Made by a program: the position numbers and the translations under genes. From positions 128,001-192,000 of the forward strand of contig JAHPZE010000002.1 in NCBI GenBank assembly GCA_019058365.1: DNA of 64,000 nt. The letters are read 5' to 3'. A model generated the notes under the pieces. That model was not told the origin of the DNA. It did no database searches and saw nothing but the letters and a program-made list of their open reading frames with translations. Shown one piece after another: positions 19,570-30,372 of this stretch (the stretch's first letter is position 1; every line of letters begins with the position of its first letter). This DNA is from Promethearchaeota archaeon. Its GTDB lineage: Archaea > Asgardarchaeota > Lokiarchaeia > Sigyniarchaeales > SOKP01.

Positions 19570-20391
19570 TTGGTAGAAATTATACAAATTAGCGATTTAC
19601 ATTACGGAAGTGAATTCAGAGAAGATTGTTTTGAAAATATTATTAGTTATATTAAAGAAACTCACCCTGATTTAGTTGTCTGCACTGGAGATCTGGTGCA
19701 TAGGGGAAGAATAAATGAATTTAAAAATATAGTTCAATATATAAATAGAATAAAGGATATAACTAGGTTTATGGCGGTACCAGGTAATCATGATGTTAAA
19801 AGTTCAGGTCTCGTATTTTTTGAGAAAATTATTGGACCAAGAAGATCTAGATTGATTTTAGAAGAAAAAAATGCCCTGATAGTAGGTATCTGTTCCGCTA
19901 GAGATGATTTGGCCGAGGGTAGAATCGGGGATGAGCAATTGGATTGGTTAGGCCGCCAATTTAACCGGAATTTAGAAGATCGAGTAATAGCATTACATCA
20001 CCATTTAATTCCAATTCCAATGTCTGGACAAAAATTTACAACAGTCCGAGATGCGGGAGAAATTTTAGAGTTTACTAATTTATTTGAAATAGATCTAGTA
20101 TTAATGGGCCATCGCCATGTTCCTCATGCTTATACCATTTCTTGGAAGAATTCATCAAGTACAACTTTTCTTTACAGTGGTACTTCAACTTCAAATAAAA
20201 TCCGTGCTAATGATGCCCCTAGCTTTAATCATATTTTTCTTAGTGAAGGTAATTTAGAAGTTTATATAGTTAATTCGGTAAATCTTAAGAAGAATTTATT
20301 ACTGGAAAGAAAGGAACATCATACTGAATTTATTAGACCACGAAAAACTAGAATCGAACATTTACTTGCATCAGAAGTATGGGATGAATAA
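19570..20391 (+). CDS. Metallophosphoesterase (CpdA/Icc-like)
   Basis: SDLH, TGD, GNHD, LHHH, GHRH. Confidence 0.9.
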   Translation: MVEIIQISDLHYGSEFREDCFENIISYIKETHPDLVVCTGDLVHRGRINEFKNIVQYINRIKDITRFMAVPGNHDVKSSGLVFFEKIIGPRRSRLILEEKNALIVGICSARDDLAEGRIGDEQLDWLGRQFNRNLEDRVIALHHHLIPIPMSGQKFTTVRDAGEILEFTNLFEIDLVLMGHRHVPHAYTISWKNSSSTTFLYSGTSTSNKIRANDAPSFNHIFLSEGNLEVYIVNSVNLKKNLLLERKEHHTEFIRPRKTRIEHLLASEVWDE

Positions 20392-20420
20392 AAAGAATTC
20401 TATAAAGCAGGTGTAAATAT

Positions 20421-20849
20421 ATGCCTAAACCAATTACACCGTTATTAACGGTTGATGCTGTAATTTTAATAAATAACAAAAAGGATATTATCTTAATCCG
20501 GCGAAAAAATCCTCCTTTTCAAGGGCAATTTGCATTACCTGGAGGATTTGTTGATATAGGCGAAACCGTTGAAAATGCTTGTATTCGTGAAGTAAAAGAG
20601 GAAACAAATATTAGTGTGAAAATTATAAAACTTATTGGAGTTTTCTCCGATCCAGACAGAGATCCAAGAAGACATACTATCACTGTAGCCTTTCTTTGCG
20701 AACCATTAACAAAAAAGGAAAAACCAAAAGCTTTAGATGATGCTGCTGCCCTAGAAGTTGTACCTTTATCAAATCTTTCTTCATTAAAATTAGCTTTTGA
20801 TCATATGGAGATTGTTAAGAGTTCAGGGATATTAGATAACATAGATTAA
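20421..20849 (+). CDS. NUDIX hydrolase (ADP-ribose pyrophosphatase-like)
   Basis: PGGFVDIGETVENACIREVKEET Nudix box; RDPR, LAFDH. Confidence 0.92.
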   Translation: MPKPITPLLTVDAVILINNKKDIILIRRKNPPFQGQFALPGGFVDIGETVENACIREVKEETNISVKIIKLIGVFSDPDRDPRRHTITVAFLCEPLTKKEKPKALDDAAALEVVPLSNLSSLKLAFDHMEIVKSSGILDNID

Positions 20850-20857
20850 TTGGATTA

Positions 20858-21265
20858 TCATTTTTCCTTTATTTCATAGAGATTTTGAAAAGAATCTTTA
20901 ATAAAAAGATAATATCCAACACCATCTTTCCTTGGAACTTTCACGATATCATATCCTAATGAACTTGCTCTATTAATAAAATCATCTCTATTTTCTATTA
21001 ATAAGCATGAATGAGTAAAAGTGTCCTGTGCTTTACTTTCATCATCAGTAATAAAAACCTCAAAACTTAGAGAATCTTTTTCATATCGTATAATTTTTTG
21101 TTCTTTACTTACACCAAAGAATTTTTCCATCAAATCAGCTGAGACTGTGAATGATCTTGTTCTTTTTAACCCCAATAATTCAATAAAAAAATCATCTGAA
21201 TTGCTTTCGTTATTTGCGGCAATAGCTATATGCTCTAAGTTTTTCTCACCCATATTCATTAACAC
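20858..21265 (-). CDS. VOC/glyoxalase family protein
   Basis: HIAI...FF..LLGL, HSCL, FIKDSFQNLYEI. Confidence 0.75.
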   Translation of the reverse strand: MLMNMGEKNLEHIAIAANNESNSDDFFIELLGLKRTRSFTVSADLMEKFFGVSKEQKIIRYEKDSLSFEVFITDDESKAQDTFTHSCLLIENRDDFINRASSLGYDIVKVPRKDGVGYYLFIKDSFQNLYEIKEK

Positions 21266-21476
21266 TCATCCAACTCAATTTTCGTTTTTTTAACTCAATT
21301 TCCAATCGTATCTATATACAAATATTACGATTAATTTTATTTAATATCTTAGTTAATTATTTATATCGTTTTGTAAATTATCGCAATTGATTTTTTGTTT
21401 AAAATTTAAAAATTTATAGGTAACAATATTATTAATAAGTTTAAAAAAAAAAGAATAAGGTTAAGGTCTTTTGTAG

Positions 21477-22346
21477 ATGACTGAAGTCTCAGAACAACAA
21501 TTTCTTACTAAACTTTGTGAAGTGGTGTATAAATTATCAGGAATCGTTAAAACTCAATCTCCTCGTTTTAAGAAAAAATGGGACGAATACTTTGAGCCTT
21601 TTAATATTAAACCTCATATTGTTCGCCAAATACCTCTTGATAAAGATAGATTTTTAAAAGAAATTGATTACAGAATTACAGTCCTAAAAAACGTTGAACA
21701 AGCAACATTGGATGGCTTTTATTTAGTAAAAACCTTATTACAAACCTTTTATGGTTCTTATTTTGATTCTGAGCTATTTAAAAATGATTTTTCCAAGGAA
21801 GATCAACTAATATTAAAATATTTCGTCGCAAAAGAAATTTTAGGAAATCTAATACAATATAATAAATTAGATCATGAATCTGTTCCATTAAAATATAATA
21901 TTATTGCCAGAAATTATACGTTAATAAAGTTGAAAGGCCAAACAAATCATGAAATACTGGATAACTTAAACAAACTAAATATAAAGGATATAAAGTTGGG
22001 TGATGTCGAAAATTTCATGAACGAAATCGAATTAGATGGAATCATCAATACTAAAAAGAAAGGGAAAGACTATGAGTATAGTTTAAAAAAAGAATTAGAG
22101 TTGACTAAAGAGGGAAAGAAATACTATAGTCAAGTACTTCAACCACTAGTTGATTTTCCAACCCTCTTTTTTCGTAGCTTCTTCAATATCAGAGAATTAA
22201 ATGTAACTTTAGATCAAAACGTTTCATATCGTGATTTTCTTCAAAAAATCCTGCTAAAAACCGCTACACAAGGATTTTCTCCTACTAATTATGTCTTCCA
22301 AAATTTGGTTAAGTATTATGAAAAAATTAGGGACGAATTTACCTAA
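21477..22346 (+). CDS. Hypothetical protein (possible internal winged helix)
   Basis: Long ORF with normal composition; no family recognised. Confidence 0.6.
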   Translation: MTEVSEQQFLTKLCEVVYKLSGIVKTQSPRFKKKWDEYFEPFNIKPHIVRQIPLDKDRFLKEIDYRITVLKNVEQATLDGFYLVKTLLQTFYGSYFDSELFKNDFSKEDQLILKYFVAKEILGNLIQYNKLDHESVPLKYNIIARNYTLIKLKGQTNHEILDNLNKLNIKDIKLGDVENFMNEIELDGIINTKKKGKDYEYSLKKELELTKEGKKYYSQVLQPLVDFPTLFFRSFFNIRELNVTLDQNVSYRDFLQKILLKTATQGFSPTNYVFQNLVKYYEKIRDEFT

Positions 22347-22361
22347 TTTCTTTAATTCTCC

Positions 22362-23171
22362 TTAAAATTCGAATTCTTTCATTACCTCCTCGACAGAATA
22401 ATTCTCATGTAGAATTTTACTGATAGCTCGAACTAATTTTGTTGGATCTTCCGCTTGGAATACATTTCTGCCAAAAGCAACTCCTGATCCACCTGCTTCA
22501 ATCGAGTCATACACCATCTGAAGTAAATCTGGAATGGTGTTCATTTTAGGACCGCCCGCAATAATAACTGGAATATGTCTTACTCCTTTAGTAATCTTCC
22601 TAAATGAATCAATATCTCCTGTATAATTTGTTTTAACTATATCAGCTCCCAATTCAACTCCAGCTCTTACTGCAATATTAACTACACTAGGATCGTTTTC
22701 ATTTGTAATTTTTTTTCCTCGTGGATACATCATTACTATTAAGGGTACACCCCATTCTCTACTACTTTCCACAATTTTTTGAGCGTCTTGAAGCATTTCT
22801 GGTTCATCCTCTGCACCAATATTTATATGTATTGAAACCGCATCTGCGCCCATTTTTAAAGCACGCTCTACAGAACAAACTAAAACCTTTCTATTAGGAT
22901 GTGGTGATAAACTAGTAGCTCCTGATAAATGAATAATCAACCCAATATCCTTTCCATATTGCCTATGCCCTGCACTAACCATCCCAGAATGCATTAAAAC
23001 AGCATTTGCTCCTCCTAAAGCAACTTTATCCACCATTGCTGCTAAATCTTCCAATCCCTGGATAGTACCCATAGTCAATCCATGATCCATTGGAATTATT
23101 ATAGTTTTTTTGCTTTCTCTATCAAAAATCCGTTCCAATCTTATTCTTTTACCAAGACTCAATGGAAGCAT
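22362..23171 (-). CDS. 2-amino-3,7-dideoxy-D-threo-hept-6-ulosonate synthase (class I DhnA-type aldolase, archaeal AroA')
   Basis: [36 protein letters not shown]; prephenate dehydrogenase nearby. Confidence 0.85.
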   Translation of the reverse strand: MLPLSLGKRIRLERIFDRESKKTIIIPMDHGLTMGTIQGLEDLAAMVDKVALGGANAVLMHSGMVSAGHRQYGKDIGLIIHLSGATSLSPHPNRKVLVCSVERALKMGADAVSIHINIGAEDEPEMLQDAQKIVESSREWGVPLIVMMYPRGKKITNENDPSVVNIAVRAGVELGADIVKTNYTGDIDSFRKITKGVRHIPVIIAGGPKMNTIPDLLQMVYDSIEAGGSGVAFGRNVFQAEDPTKLVRAISKILHENYSVEEVMKEFEF

Positions 23172-23322
23172 TCACTTTAATAAATTTATATAAACTATTC
23201 AATATAATTAGAGCATAAATATAAAATTTAGTTTATGTTGGTACTTTTAGTGTTTTGTTTTAATTATTTATAATGCACTAAATAATTTTCCATATTTTAA
23301 TTCGAAATATATAAATAGTTAA

Positions 23323-23757
23323 TTGAAGGTTAAATTATTTAGTATGGTAATTTCATCAAAAATAATAAATGTACTCCTTCTCAGTGGCGTAGTTCTTTTT
23401 TTTATTGGAACCTTTTCAATTATTTATTATTTCATAATGTGTTTTGTAATTGAGATAATTATATCTCCTTTATATTTTATTATTGGATGGCTATTATTTG
23501 TAATTGGAGGATTTTTTATTGGAATAACCCCAAGGAAGTATTATCATACTATAAAAAGGGGGAATAAGAGAATATTGGAAATAGAATTACTTATTATAGG
23601 TTTATGTGGATTAATATTATGTACTTTTATATCTATAGCTACTGATATTTATATTTATAGAAATGATGGGACATTTCCCTTTCGAACATTATTATTTTTT
23701 ACTGCTGGATTTGTAGGATTTATTATAATAAAAATAATACGGAAAAAAAAGCAGTAG
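23323..23757 (+). CDS. Small 4-TM membrane protein
   Basis: Four hydrophobic segments. Confidence 0.6.
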   Translation: MKVKLFSMVISSKIINVLLLSGVVLFFIGTFSIIYYFIMCFVIEIIISPLYFIIGWLLFVIGGFFIGITPRKYYHTIKRGNKRILEIELLIIGLCGLILCTFISIATDIYIYRNDGTFPFRTLLFFTAGFVGFIIIKIIRKKKQ

Positions 23758-23803
23758 ACGAAATTATTTATGTCGTTATAAATAATAAATTTAATTATAC
23801 TTC

Positions 23804-24706
23804 CTATTCTTGTTTTAAAATTTTCATAAAATCATAAAAATATCTATAAGAATCTTTAAAATCATTATCTTCTTTAGAATAATCTAATGCTTCGTCAAAA
23901 ATCTGATTGAACTTAGATATATTCTTCTTTTGAATTATTGTTTTATATTCTTTTATTAAGCTTTCTAATAAATTTAACACTTTATGAAATTCTTGATTTT
24001 CTATTTGAATTTCTGCAAACATATCTCTCTCTCTTTGAATTATACTCTCAGCGAAAACTTTTTGTAACAAGAATGTAGTACCAGTATATTTCGTTAACTC
24101 AGTCAATGGTTCTTTTGACCTTCTAATAAGATTTAAAAAGAGAATGTTAAACATATGAGGTACTCCTAAGGTTAAAGCAATTCGTCTATCATGAATTTCA
24201 GGTGTACTCTCAGTGATTATTAGCCCATTTAATTCAAATAAAGTTATTAATTCATTTACTAAATCATCATAATTTTCTGTACCACCAACTTTTAACACGA
24301 TCATAACATAGTTTTTCATATCTTTTATACCAGGACCAAACATAGGATGTAGTGAAAGGCAATTTATTGGGTAAACTTTAATAATTTTTTGCATTGTATT
24401 CACGACCATGTTTTTTAATGATGTAATATCCATGAGTAAGGCGTTTTTTTTTAATAATGGGGAAATCTTTTGAATCATACTCACAGTAGAAGTAATTGGA
24501 ATTGAAACTAAAATTATGTCTGCATCTTTCACACTCTCTTCTAAAGAAGATTCATAGTTTATATCAAATTCATGAGCAACAATCTTTAATCTTTCCAAAT
24601 TTCTTGCATATATTGTAATTTTAAAACCATTTCTTTTAAAAAATTCTCCAAAAACTTTACCCATGCCACCAGAACCACCAATTATAGTAAGGTTTTTTCC
24701 TAACAT
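23804..24706 (-). CDS. tyrA: Prephenate dehydrogenase
   Basis: IIGGSGGMG, DITSLK, HPMFGP, HD......GVPH. Confidence 0.88.
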   Translation of the reverse strand: MLGKNLTIIGGSGGMGKVFGEFFKRNGFKITIYARNLERLKIVAHEFDINYESSLEESVKDADIILVSIPITSTVSMIQKISPLLKKNALLMDITSLKNMVVNTMQKIIKVYPINCLSLHPMFGPGIKDMKNYVMIVLKVGGTENYDDLVNELITLFELNGLIITESTPEIHDRRIALTLGVPHMFNILFLNLIRRSKEPLTELTKYTGTTFLLQKVFAESIIQRERDMFAEIQIENQEFHKVLNLLESLIKEYKTIIQKKNISKFNQIFDEALDYSKEDNDFKDSYRYFYDFMKILKQE

Positions 24707-24750
24707 CAGACTATCATTTATTTTATTTTTAATTTAATTATTAATTTTTA

Positions 24751-25626
24751 TTACATATCTTTTGTTTTCTTTATTGGGATATTGAATTCTTCTAAAAGAG
24801 GTATAAGATGTTTCTTGTCTTCGGAATTTGTCCCTTTCCAATCAATAATAAAATAATCAACCTTTTCAAGAGTATTATTTACCATTTGTTCAATTAAATC
24901 TTTATTTAATTCTTGAATGTAATATTTTGGACATATGAAAGACATAGCGATATTCGTATTTCTGATTAATCTATGAAAATTTGGAGCATAGTGAGTACCT
25001 CCAAATCCTAACCCTACTTTTTGATCTCCCATTTCTTTATATTCAATATATTTCTGAAAAGTACTAAAAATAGCGTTTGTTAATATCATTCCTGCCTCAT
25101 CTATTTTCCATTCCACCTTACTGCTTCCTAATTCCATGAAAATTAAAGGTTTATCTAAGATTGTAGGGCCATGGTGAGTTACCTCAATATCAAGTGAGAA
25201 TTCTGTTAATGTTGGGGGAAACTCTTGTTCAGTTAATGAAATAAATCCTGCCTTATGAAGTAATGCACTTGTTTTTGATAAATCTTGAGGATCTCCACCA
25301 AAATCTGTATCTTTACTCCAGTTACCAGTAGTATGAACTAAAAATGCTGGTCGGGTAGATTTTGAGGTATGACGACTTGCAAAAATAAGATAATCTGGAT
25401 TTATCTCTGATTCCTCTAATTTTAAATCATTCAAAAAAATTAATGGATCCTTTGTAAGCCCTAGCAATACTTCATTTTCAGTAAAATTTGTCGTTAATTT
25501 GAAAACGGGATTTTCATGCCATATGAAATGTGTCTCCTCGAAATTGTACACTTTAGAATTTATAAACTTTTCTCTTATGTTCATTGAGGCTTTATCCTCG
25601 GTTGAGGTTATGATTAGAAACTCGAT
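24751..25626 (-). CDS. dtdA: D-aminoacyl-tRNA deacylase (archaeal DtdA/GEK1 type)
   Basis: FASRH, HTTGN, EVTHHGPT, FMELGS, GFGGTHYA; frame extended 14 codons upstream of the track ATG (IEFLIITSTEDKAS-MNI) to an ATC 6 nt after GGTGA. Confidence 0.9.
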   Translation of the reverse strand: MEFLIITSTEDKASMNIREKFINSKVYNFEETHFIWHENPVFKLTTNFTENEVLLGLTKDPLIFLNDLKLEESEINPDYLIFASRHTSKSTRPAFLVHTTGNWSKDTDFGGDPQDLSKTSALLHKAGFISLTEQEFPPTLTEFSLDIEVTHHGPTILDKPLIFMELGSSKVEWKIDEAGMILTNAIFSTFQKYIEYKEMGDQKVGLGFGGTHYAPNFHRLIRNTNIAMSFICPKYYIQELNKDLIEQMVNNTLEKVDYFIIDWKGTNSEDKKHLIPLLEEFNIPIKKTKDM

Positions 25627-25740
25627 TACATATCACCAATGAGCTTTTTTGTACTATGTCTTTATTAATCTCAATAAAAATTTTATAATTTTAGTTAATT
25701 ACTTCAACTTTAATAATTTTTAAATCTATTTTCAATATTA

Positions 25741-26124
25741 ATGAGTGTTAATTTAATAATAGTTCTAATTCTTGCTTTACCTTTTGGAGTTTTATTTTTT
25801 ATCGCAGATTATTTTGAAAATAAACTCATTCAAGTACATGCTTCATTAATAGCGGGAATATCAGTATCGTATTTCTTTCTAATAGTACTTCCTGAAATTG
25901 CTCAACGATTACCAGAATTTCCTTTTCATTTGAAACTATTCGAATACCTCTTTGTGCTTATTGGCTTTTCATTTATTCATGTATCTGAAAAATTAATTCT
26001 GCAGAAAGCTGAGATGAAGACTCAAAAAAAAATGAGAAAATTAATCAAAAAATCAATTAATAATAAAAAAATGATAAGATTTGAATTTTTTATATTAATA
26101 ACGAGTTACAGCAAGACTGCTTGA
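25741..26124 (+). pseudogene. Probably truncated membrane-protein gene (3 TM helices, then runs into the convergent gene)
   Basis: N-terminal IAGISVSYFFLIVLPE (ZIP-transporter-like) followed by an A-rich junk tail that overlaps 26095..26574 by 30 nt. Confidence 0.45.
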
Positions 26125-26574
26125 TCTTATAAAGTTACCCGTTGTTTCAGAAATGACCACTATACTAATATTATGAGTTCCTTTGGACAATGTCTGAGAA
26201 TATTGTAGTGCGACGGGATAATACTGATAAGTTGCGTCCCCTTGATAGGGCCCTGCACGAGTAAAAGGATTAGTTAATTGTACACCATCAATCCAAAAAT
26301 AGAAAAGCATATCAGCAAAACCAAGCGGGTCAGGAAGGATTCTCGTGCTCGTAGTAAATAACATATGAACTGTAGCAGAAGCATCCAGTCTAACGATTAC
26401 ATATAAATCAGGAACGGTTACATATACTAAAGCTGGTGGGGTATATATATCTTCTTTATAATCATACCAGAAATCTGTTTTCCCTTGATCTATCCATGTA
26501 ATCAACCCAAAACCTAAGCCTCCAGCACCTAATATCAATGCAATCACACCTAAAACTGTTCCACCTTTTCCCAT
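26095..26574 (-). CDS. Membrane-anchored/exported beta-sandwich protein
   Basis: N-terminal anchor MGKGGTVLGVIALILGAGGLGFGLITW followed by a beta-rich domain ending LSKGTHNISIV...RSSSLAV. Confidence 0.7.
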   Translation of the reverse strand: MGKGGTVLGVIALILGAGGLGFGLITWIDQGKTDFWYDYKEDIYTPPALVYVTVPDLYVIVRLDASATVHMLFTTSTRILPDPLGFADMLFYFWIDGVQLTNPFTRAGPYQGDATYQYYPVALQYSQTLSKGTHNISIVVISETTGNFIRSSSLAVTRY

Positions 26575-26848
26575 TAAATCCCTCAACCTCTTAATTCATA
26601 AATGATTTTTTTTTGAGTTTACAATTAAAATATGAATTTATATTAATATAATTTCTATAATAAAAGTTTGCTTTAAAGAGGAAATAACATTATTTTAATT
26701 GGAATTCACAAATTTAAATATATATGAACTCACAAAATTAATTAACTTTTAAATTATAGGGTTTCTAAGTTCTATCTTTAACAAATATAAGATTACTATT
26801 TATAAACATTTTTATTCATTAAAACTAAGTTTAAATTAATGTGAGGTT

Positions 26849-27427
26849 ATGAAATTAATGAAAAATATGAAAAAGAAAATGTTTAATGAAATCTTAAATA
26901 TTGATAATGACGATAAAAAAATCATCGAAATGATTGAAAAAAATCCAGATATTACCCACAGTGATATAGCTAAGGAGATAGACAAATCTCAGCCCGCTGT
27001 AGGTGCCCGAATTATCAAGTTAGAAAGAAAACACCTACTCACAAAACAAGTAGGTTTCAATATTAAAGAAGTCGATATTAAAGTTGCTATTGTTTATGTT
27101 TCTACTAAAGATGTTGAAAATATTGTCCGAAAGATTGAGAACTGTCCCTTTATTAATCATGCGTTCAAAATTTCGGGTGAATTTAACGTACTCTGCTTTA
27201 TTGCCGCTTCGGATTTACAGACTATCGAAAAATTAGTAGATTTGTGCTTTAGACGCGATGAAAATGTTGTCAATGTTAAAACTAATATATTAATTGAATC
27301 CATCCATGATTTTGTGATCCCAATCGATTTTCAAATCGAAAATTTTGATGGGAGGCATTGTGGACCCAAATGTAATATGAGGGAAGATGTACCTAAATTT
27401 AAATTCAATCAGGAAAAAGAAATTTAA
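26849..27427 (+). CDS. Lrp/AsnC family regulator with a C-terminal CxxKC tail
   Basis: HTH THSDIAKEIDKSQPAVGARIIKLE, RAM domain AFKISGE, tail CGPKC. Confidence 0.88.
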   Translation: MKLMKNMKKKMFNEILNIDNDDKKIIEMIEKNPDITHSDIAKEIDKSQPAVGARIIKLERKHLLTKQVGFNIKEVDIKVAIVYVSTKDVENIVRKIENCPFINHAFKISGEFNVLCFIAASDLQTIEKLVDLCFRRDENVVNVKTNILIESIHDFVIPIDFQIENFDGRHCGPKCNMREDVPKFKFNQEKEI

Positions 27428-27519
27428 GTAAGTTGCATCTTTTTTCTATAAGAAATTTTAACCTTAATTTCACTTTAAAACTCTAATAAAGAGTATAAAA
27501 AAAATTAATCTACTTCCAC

Positions 27520-28068
27520 TTACACTAAACCCTTTGCTTTTGCGATTTTATACTTACATTTTTCACCGCAACCTTCTTCTAAAGTGGGATTATGCTCTTC
27601 TGAATCAAAATCAATAGGTAATATAAAATCTTTCGCGATATCAAGCACAACTTCCATCGAAACACTAGTTATTTCAGGGTTATTTCGAAAATGATAATTA
27701 ACAACATTATCAAGCTTCTGAAGTTTAGAACTCGCAAGTAAGATACAAACGTTATGTTCCCCTGAAAGTTTAAATGCGTTGAGCATAAAAGGACAGTGCT
27801 TAGCCATATCCATTATCTCTTCAGGATTCTTTGTCTTTATCTCTACAGTTGCGAGATGCAAATCTACTTTCTTAAAATTGATCCCCGGCTGGAATTGCAA
27901 AATTCCATTTTTCTCCAGTTTTTTTATTCTCATACCTACGGTCGGCTGCGAACGGTTAATTTTTGTAGCGATTTCTGTGTGTGTAAGACTAGGGTCTTCT
28001 TGAACAAGCGATATTATTTGTCTATCAATCTCATCAAGCTTTAACTTTTCTGAAATCATAATAATCAT
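27520..28068 (-). CDS. Lrp/AsnC family regulator with a C-terminal CxxKC tail
   Basis: THTEIATKINRSQPTVGMRIKKLE, CPFMLNAFKLSGE, tail CGEKC. Confidence 0.9.
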   Translation of the reverse strand: MIIMISEKLKLDEIDRQIISLVQEDPSLTHTEIATKINRSQPTVGMRIKKLEKNGILQFQPGINFKKVDLHLATVEIKTKNPEEIMDMAKHCPFMLNAFKLSGEHNVCILLASSKLQKLDNVVNYHFRNNPEITSVSMEVVLDIAKDFILPIDFDSEEHNPTLEEGCGEKCKYKIAKAKGLV

Positions 28069-28219
28069 ATAAAGAATTTTTTTTCTTGACTAATTAAGTA
28101 ATAATTTTTCCAAATTATAAAATTTTAGAAGTTTAAAACAACAATTTAAATTAGTCTAAAAAATTGATCTTACAGACTTATTTCAAGATTAGGATGAATT
28201 TATAAAACATTAATATGTC

Positions 28220-28465
28220 TTATTTTGAGTTTATTAAAAAAACCAAGATTCCATTATGGTCAATAATTTCCTTTATATGTCTAACTCCACGTTCTATAGG
28301 AGCATCGGGAAGAAGAACCATACCATCCTTAACCAATGTTATCCCTTTTACTTCTAATGGTACGTTATCAAGTGGAAATTCGATTCTAGTATTTCTAATT
28401 TTGACTTCTTTTCTGATTTCTTTCACATTAGAAAATTCTGGTAAAAATCCAAAAAATTGTTGAGA
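28220..28465 (-). pseudogene. Internal fragment of a second sfsA copy
   Basis: Aligns with sfsA at about 30530-30772 at both DNA and protein level (KEIRKEVKI..RI.F.LD..PLEVKG.TLV.DG..L.PDAP.ERG.RH.KEII.H.GIL); lacks both termini. Confidence 0.85.
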
Positions 28466-28475
28466 ATTATTTAAA

Positions 28476-29918
28476 TTAAAGAGGAAAGATTGATAGGATA
28501 ATTGGTATTATTGTTGATAATGATACGAATACCATTTTCATAACTTCCGGAAAATCATAACTCCAAGTTCCATAGCTTTTTATCTTCTCAACAACCACGC
28601 GAATAACTTTTATATCTTCAAGAAGAATTTTTCTAGACTTCCATTTTTCATCGATCATAATTAGAATATCAGGGTGGATTATGGCTTCAAAATAAATATA
28701 CTCTAACCGTGAAACCAACGATGTAAAGGAATCAATTAATGAATATTTCATTTTTCTTAAAAATTTATGAATCCGCCATTGGGGAAAAAAGAACAATCCG
28801 AAACTTAAAACTACAAATATCGCTATTCCTATAGAAAACGACATTGAATACAATTCTAAATCTTCAGGAACAATGTAAAATGCTTCACTAATCCAGAAAA
28901 TTAATCCAATAATAATCCCAGATAAGATTAAATAAGTTGTTATGTTAAAGAGTAATTCGCCTATTTTCCGATTTCCTCTCTGAAATTCATAGAAAGATTT
29001 ACCTGTAGCATCAAATTTCTTAGTACTCTCAGATAATTTAATTTTTTTTAATTGAGCATCTCCAAGCATATCAGTAATGGATTTAATTGTATCACTATAT
29101 CTTGTAACACTCAATATTGTCCGATCTGACCCTAAATCACCCATTTTAAAAAGGCCATATATAATAGCAAATAAAAATGTAGCAATCAAGAATATAACTA
29201 GACCAATCCCAATATTAGCTGGGATAATTAAAAATCGACTCCAATCCGGTATAGGTGTTAAATAACTTGCTTTCCAGCTATTTATATCAATCACGGTAAT
29301 TAAACCTATTATCTGATAAATTACAAAGAAAATTGAGCCCAAATACACCCATTTTAAACTCATAATCTTGTTTAATAATCTCTTTGAGAATTTTAAATAT
29401 TCAAGGTCATTACAAAATAGTAATTTTACAGAATTATGCTCTTTCCCATATGGTTTCATTATCTCGTCAATTCTTTTATGCGTATATCCAATTAATTTGG
29501 TGAGAACCAATCCTATAAATATTAATGGAAGATATGTAAACATTTCTTGATATAGAGACACGAAAAACATTTCTATTGAACCAGAATATATTAAATAGAC
29601 AAGAGGTAAACCTAACATGATTGGTAAAAAGAATATCAACGCAAAAATCACAGTAATATATAGTTTTGTACCTATTCCGGTAGTTCTGATTTTAGTCCAA
29701 TCTGATCTATATCCCATTTCTTCTCTCCAAGCTGAATCGTTGACATATTTTCCCATTGGAAATAGATGAGCGATTCCATTAGGATCCTTCCCATAGGGGG
29801 CGGTTTCGTCTATTTTTTTTACATAATCTTCAAAAAATTCTCCATCTTTAAGTTTAGGGTCAATATCACCCTTTTCTCTTTTTTCCATGTTATAATTTTC
29901 AACTGGTTCCGACATCAT
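28476..29918 (-). CDS. Multi-pass membrane protein of unknown function
   Basis: About 7 hydrophobic segments in 480 aa. Confidence 0.7.
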   Translation of the reverse strand: MMSEPVENYNMEKREKGDIDPKLKDGEFFEDYVKKIDETAPYGKDPNGIAHLFPMGKYVNDSAWREEMGYRSDWTKIRTTGIGTKLYITVIFALIFFLPIMLGLPLVYLIYSGSIEMFFVSLYQEMFTYLPLIFIGLVLTKLIGYTHKRIDEIMKPYGKEHNSVKLLFCNDLEYLKFSKRLLNKIMSLKWVYLGSIFFVIYQIIGLITVIDINSWKASYLTPIPDWSRFLIIPANIGIGLVIFLIATFLFAIIYGLFKMGDLGSDRTILSVTRYSDTIKSITDMLGDAQLKKIKLSESTKKFDATGKSFYEFQRGNRKIGELLFNITTYLILSGIIIGLIFWISEAFYIVPEDLELYSMSFSIGIAIFVVLSFGLFFFPQWRIHKFLRKMKYSLIDSFTSLVSRLEYIYFEAIIHPDILIMIDEKWKSRKILLEDIKVIRVVVEKIKSYGTWSYDFPEVMKMVFVSLSTIIPIILSIFPL

Positions 29919-30092
29919 AGTTCATTTTTAATTAGATTGCGCATATTAAAGCACAAATTTATTATAAATTAAAAAGTTAACTAAATATGGGTAATTTTCT
30001 CTTAATAAATGAAAGAATAAATTTATTAAAAATATATTAATTGGTCGATTACTTTATATATAACACAAAACTTAGGTTGATATCTCAATATT

Positions 30093-30365
30093 ATGAATAT
30101 CTGGAAATATCTGCATCATCTTCTCTCAGGTGCGATAATTTTACTGGAGGGAATAATCTTATTGTTTTTAAAAAAACCACTTTTTTACTCAATACTTTTT
30201 ATTCTTGTTGGTTTATTTTTAGTAATTGATGATATTTTTGCTGAAACTATGGATAAGTCCTTAGTAGGTAAAATCCATTCAGATCCGATTAAATTGAAAA
30301 AAATAGGGATAATATTCTTTCTATGTTTTCAATTATTTTTTGCCTTAATTATAATTTTTTATTAG
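30093..30365 (+). CDS. Small 3-TM membrane protein
   Basis: Hydrophobic ORF with HH...G and DD motifs. Confidence 0.55.
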   Translation: MNIWKYLHHLLSGAIILLEGIILLFLKKPLFYSILFILVGLFLVIDDIFAETMDKSLVGKIHSDPIKLKKIGIIFFLCFQLFFALIIIFY

Positions 30366-30372
30366 AATGTAT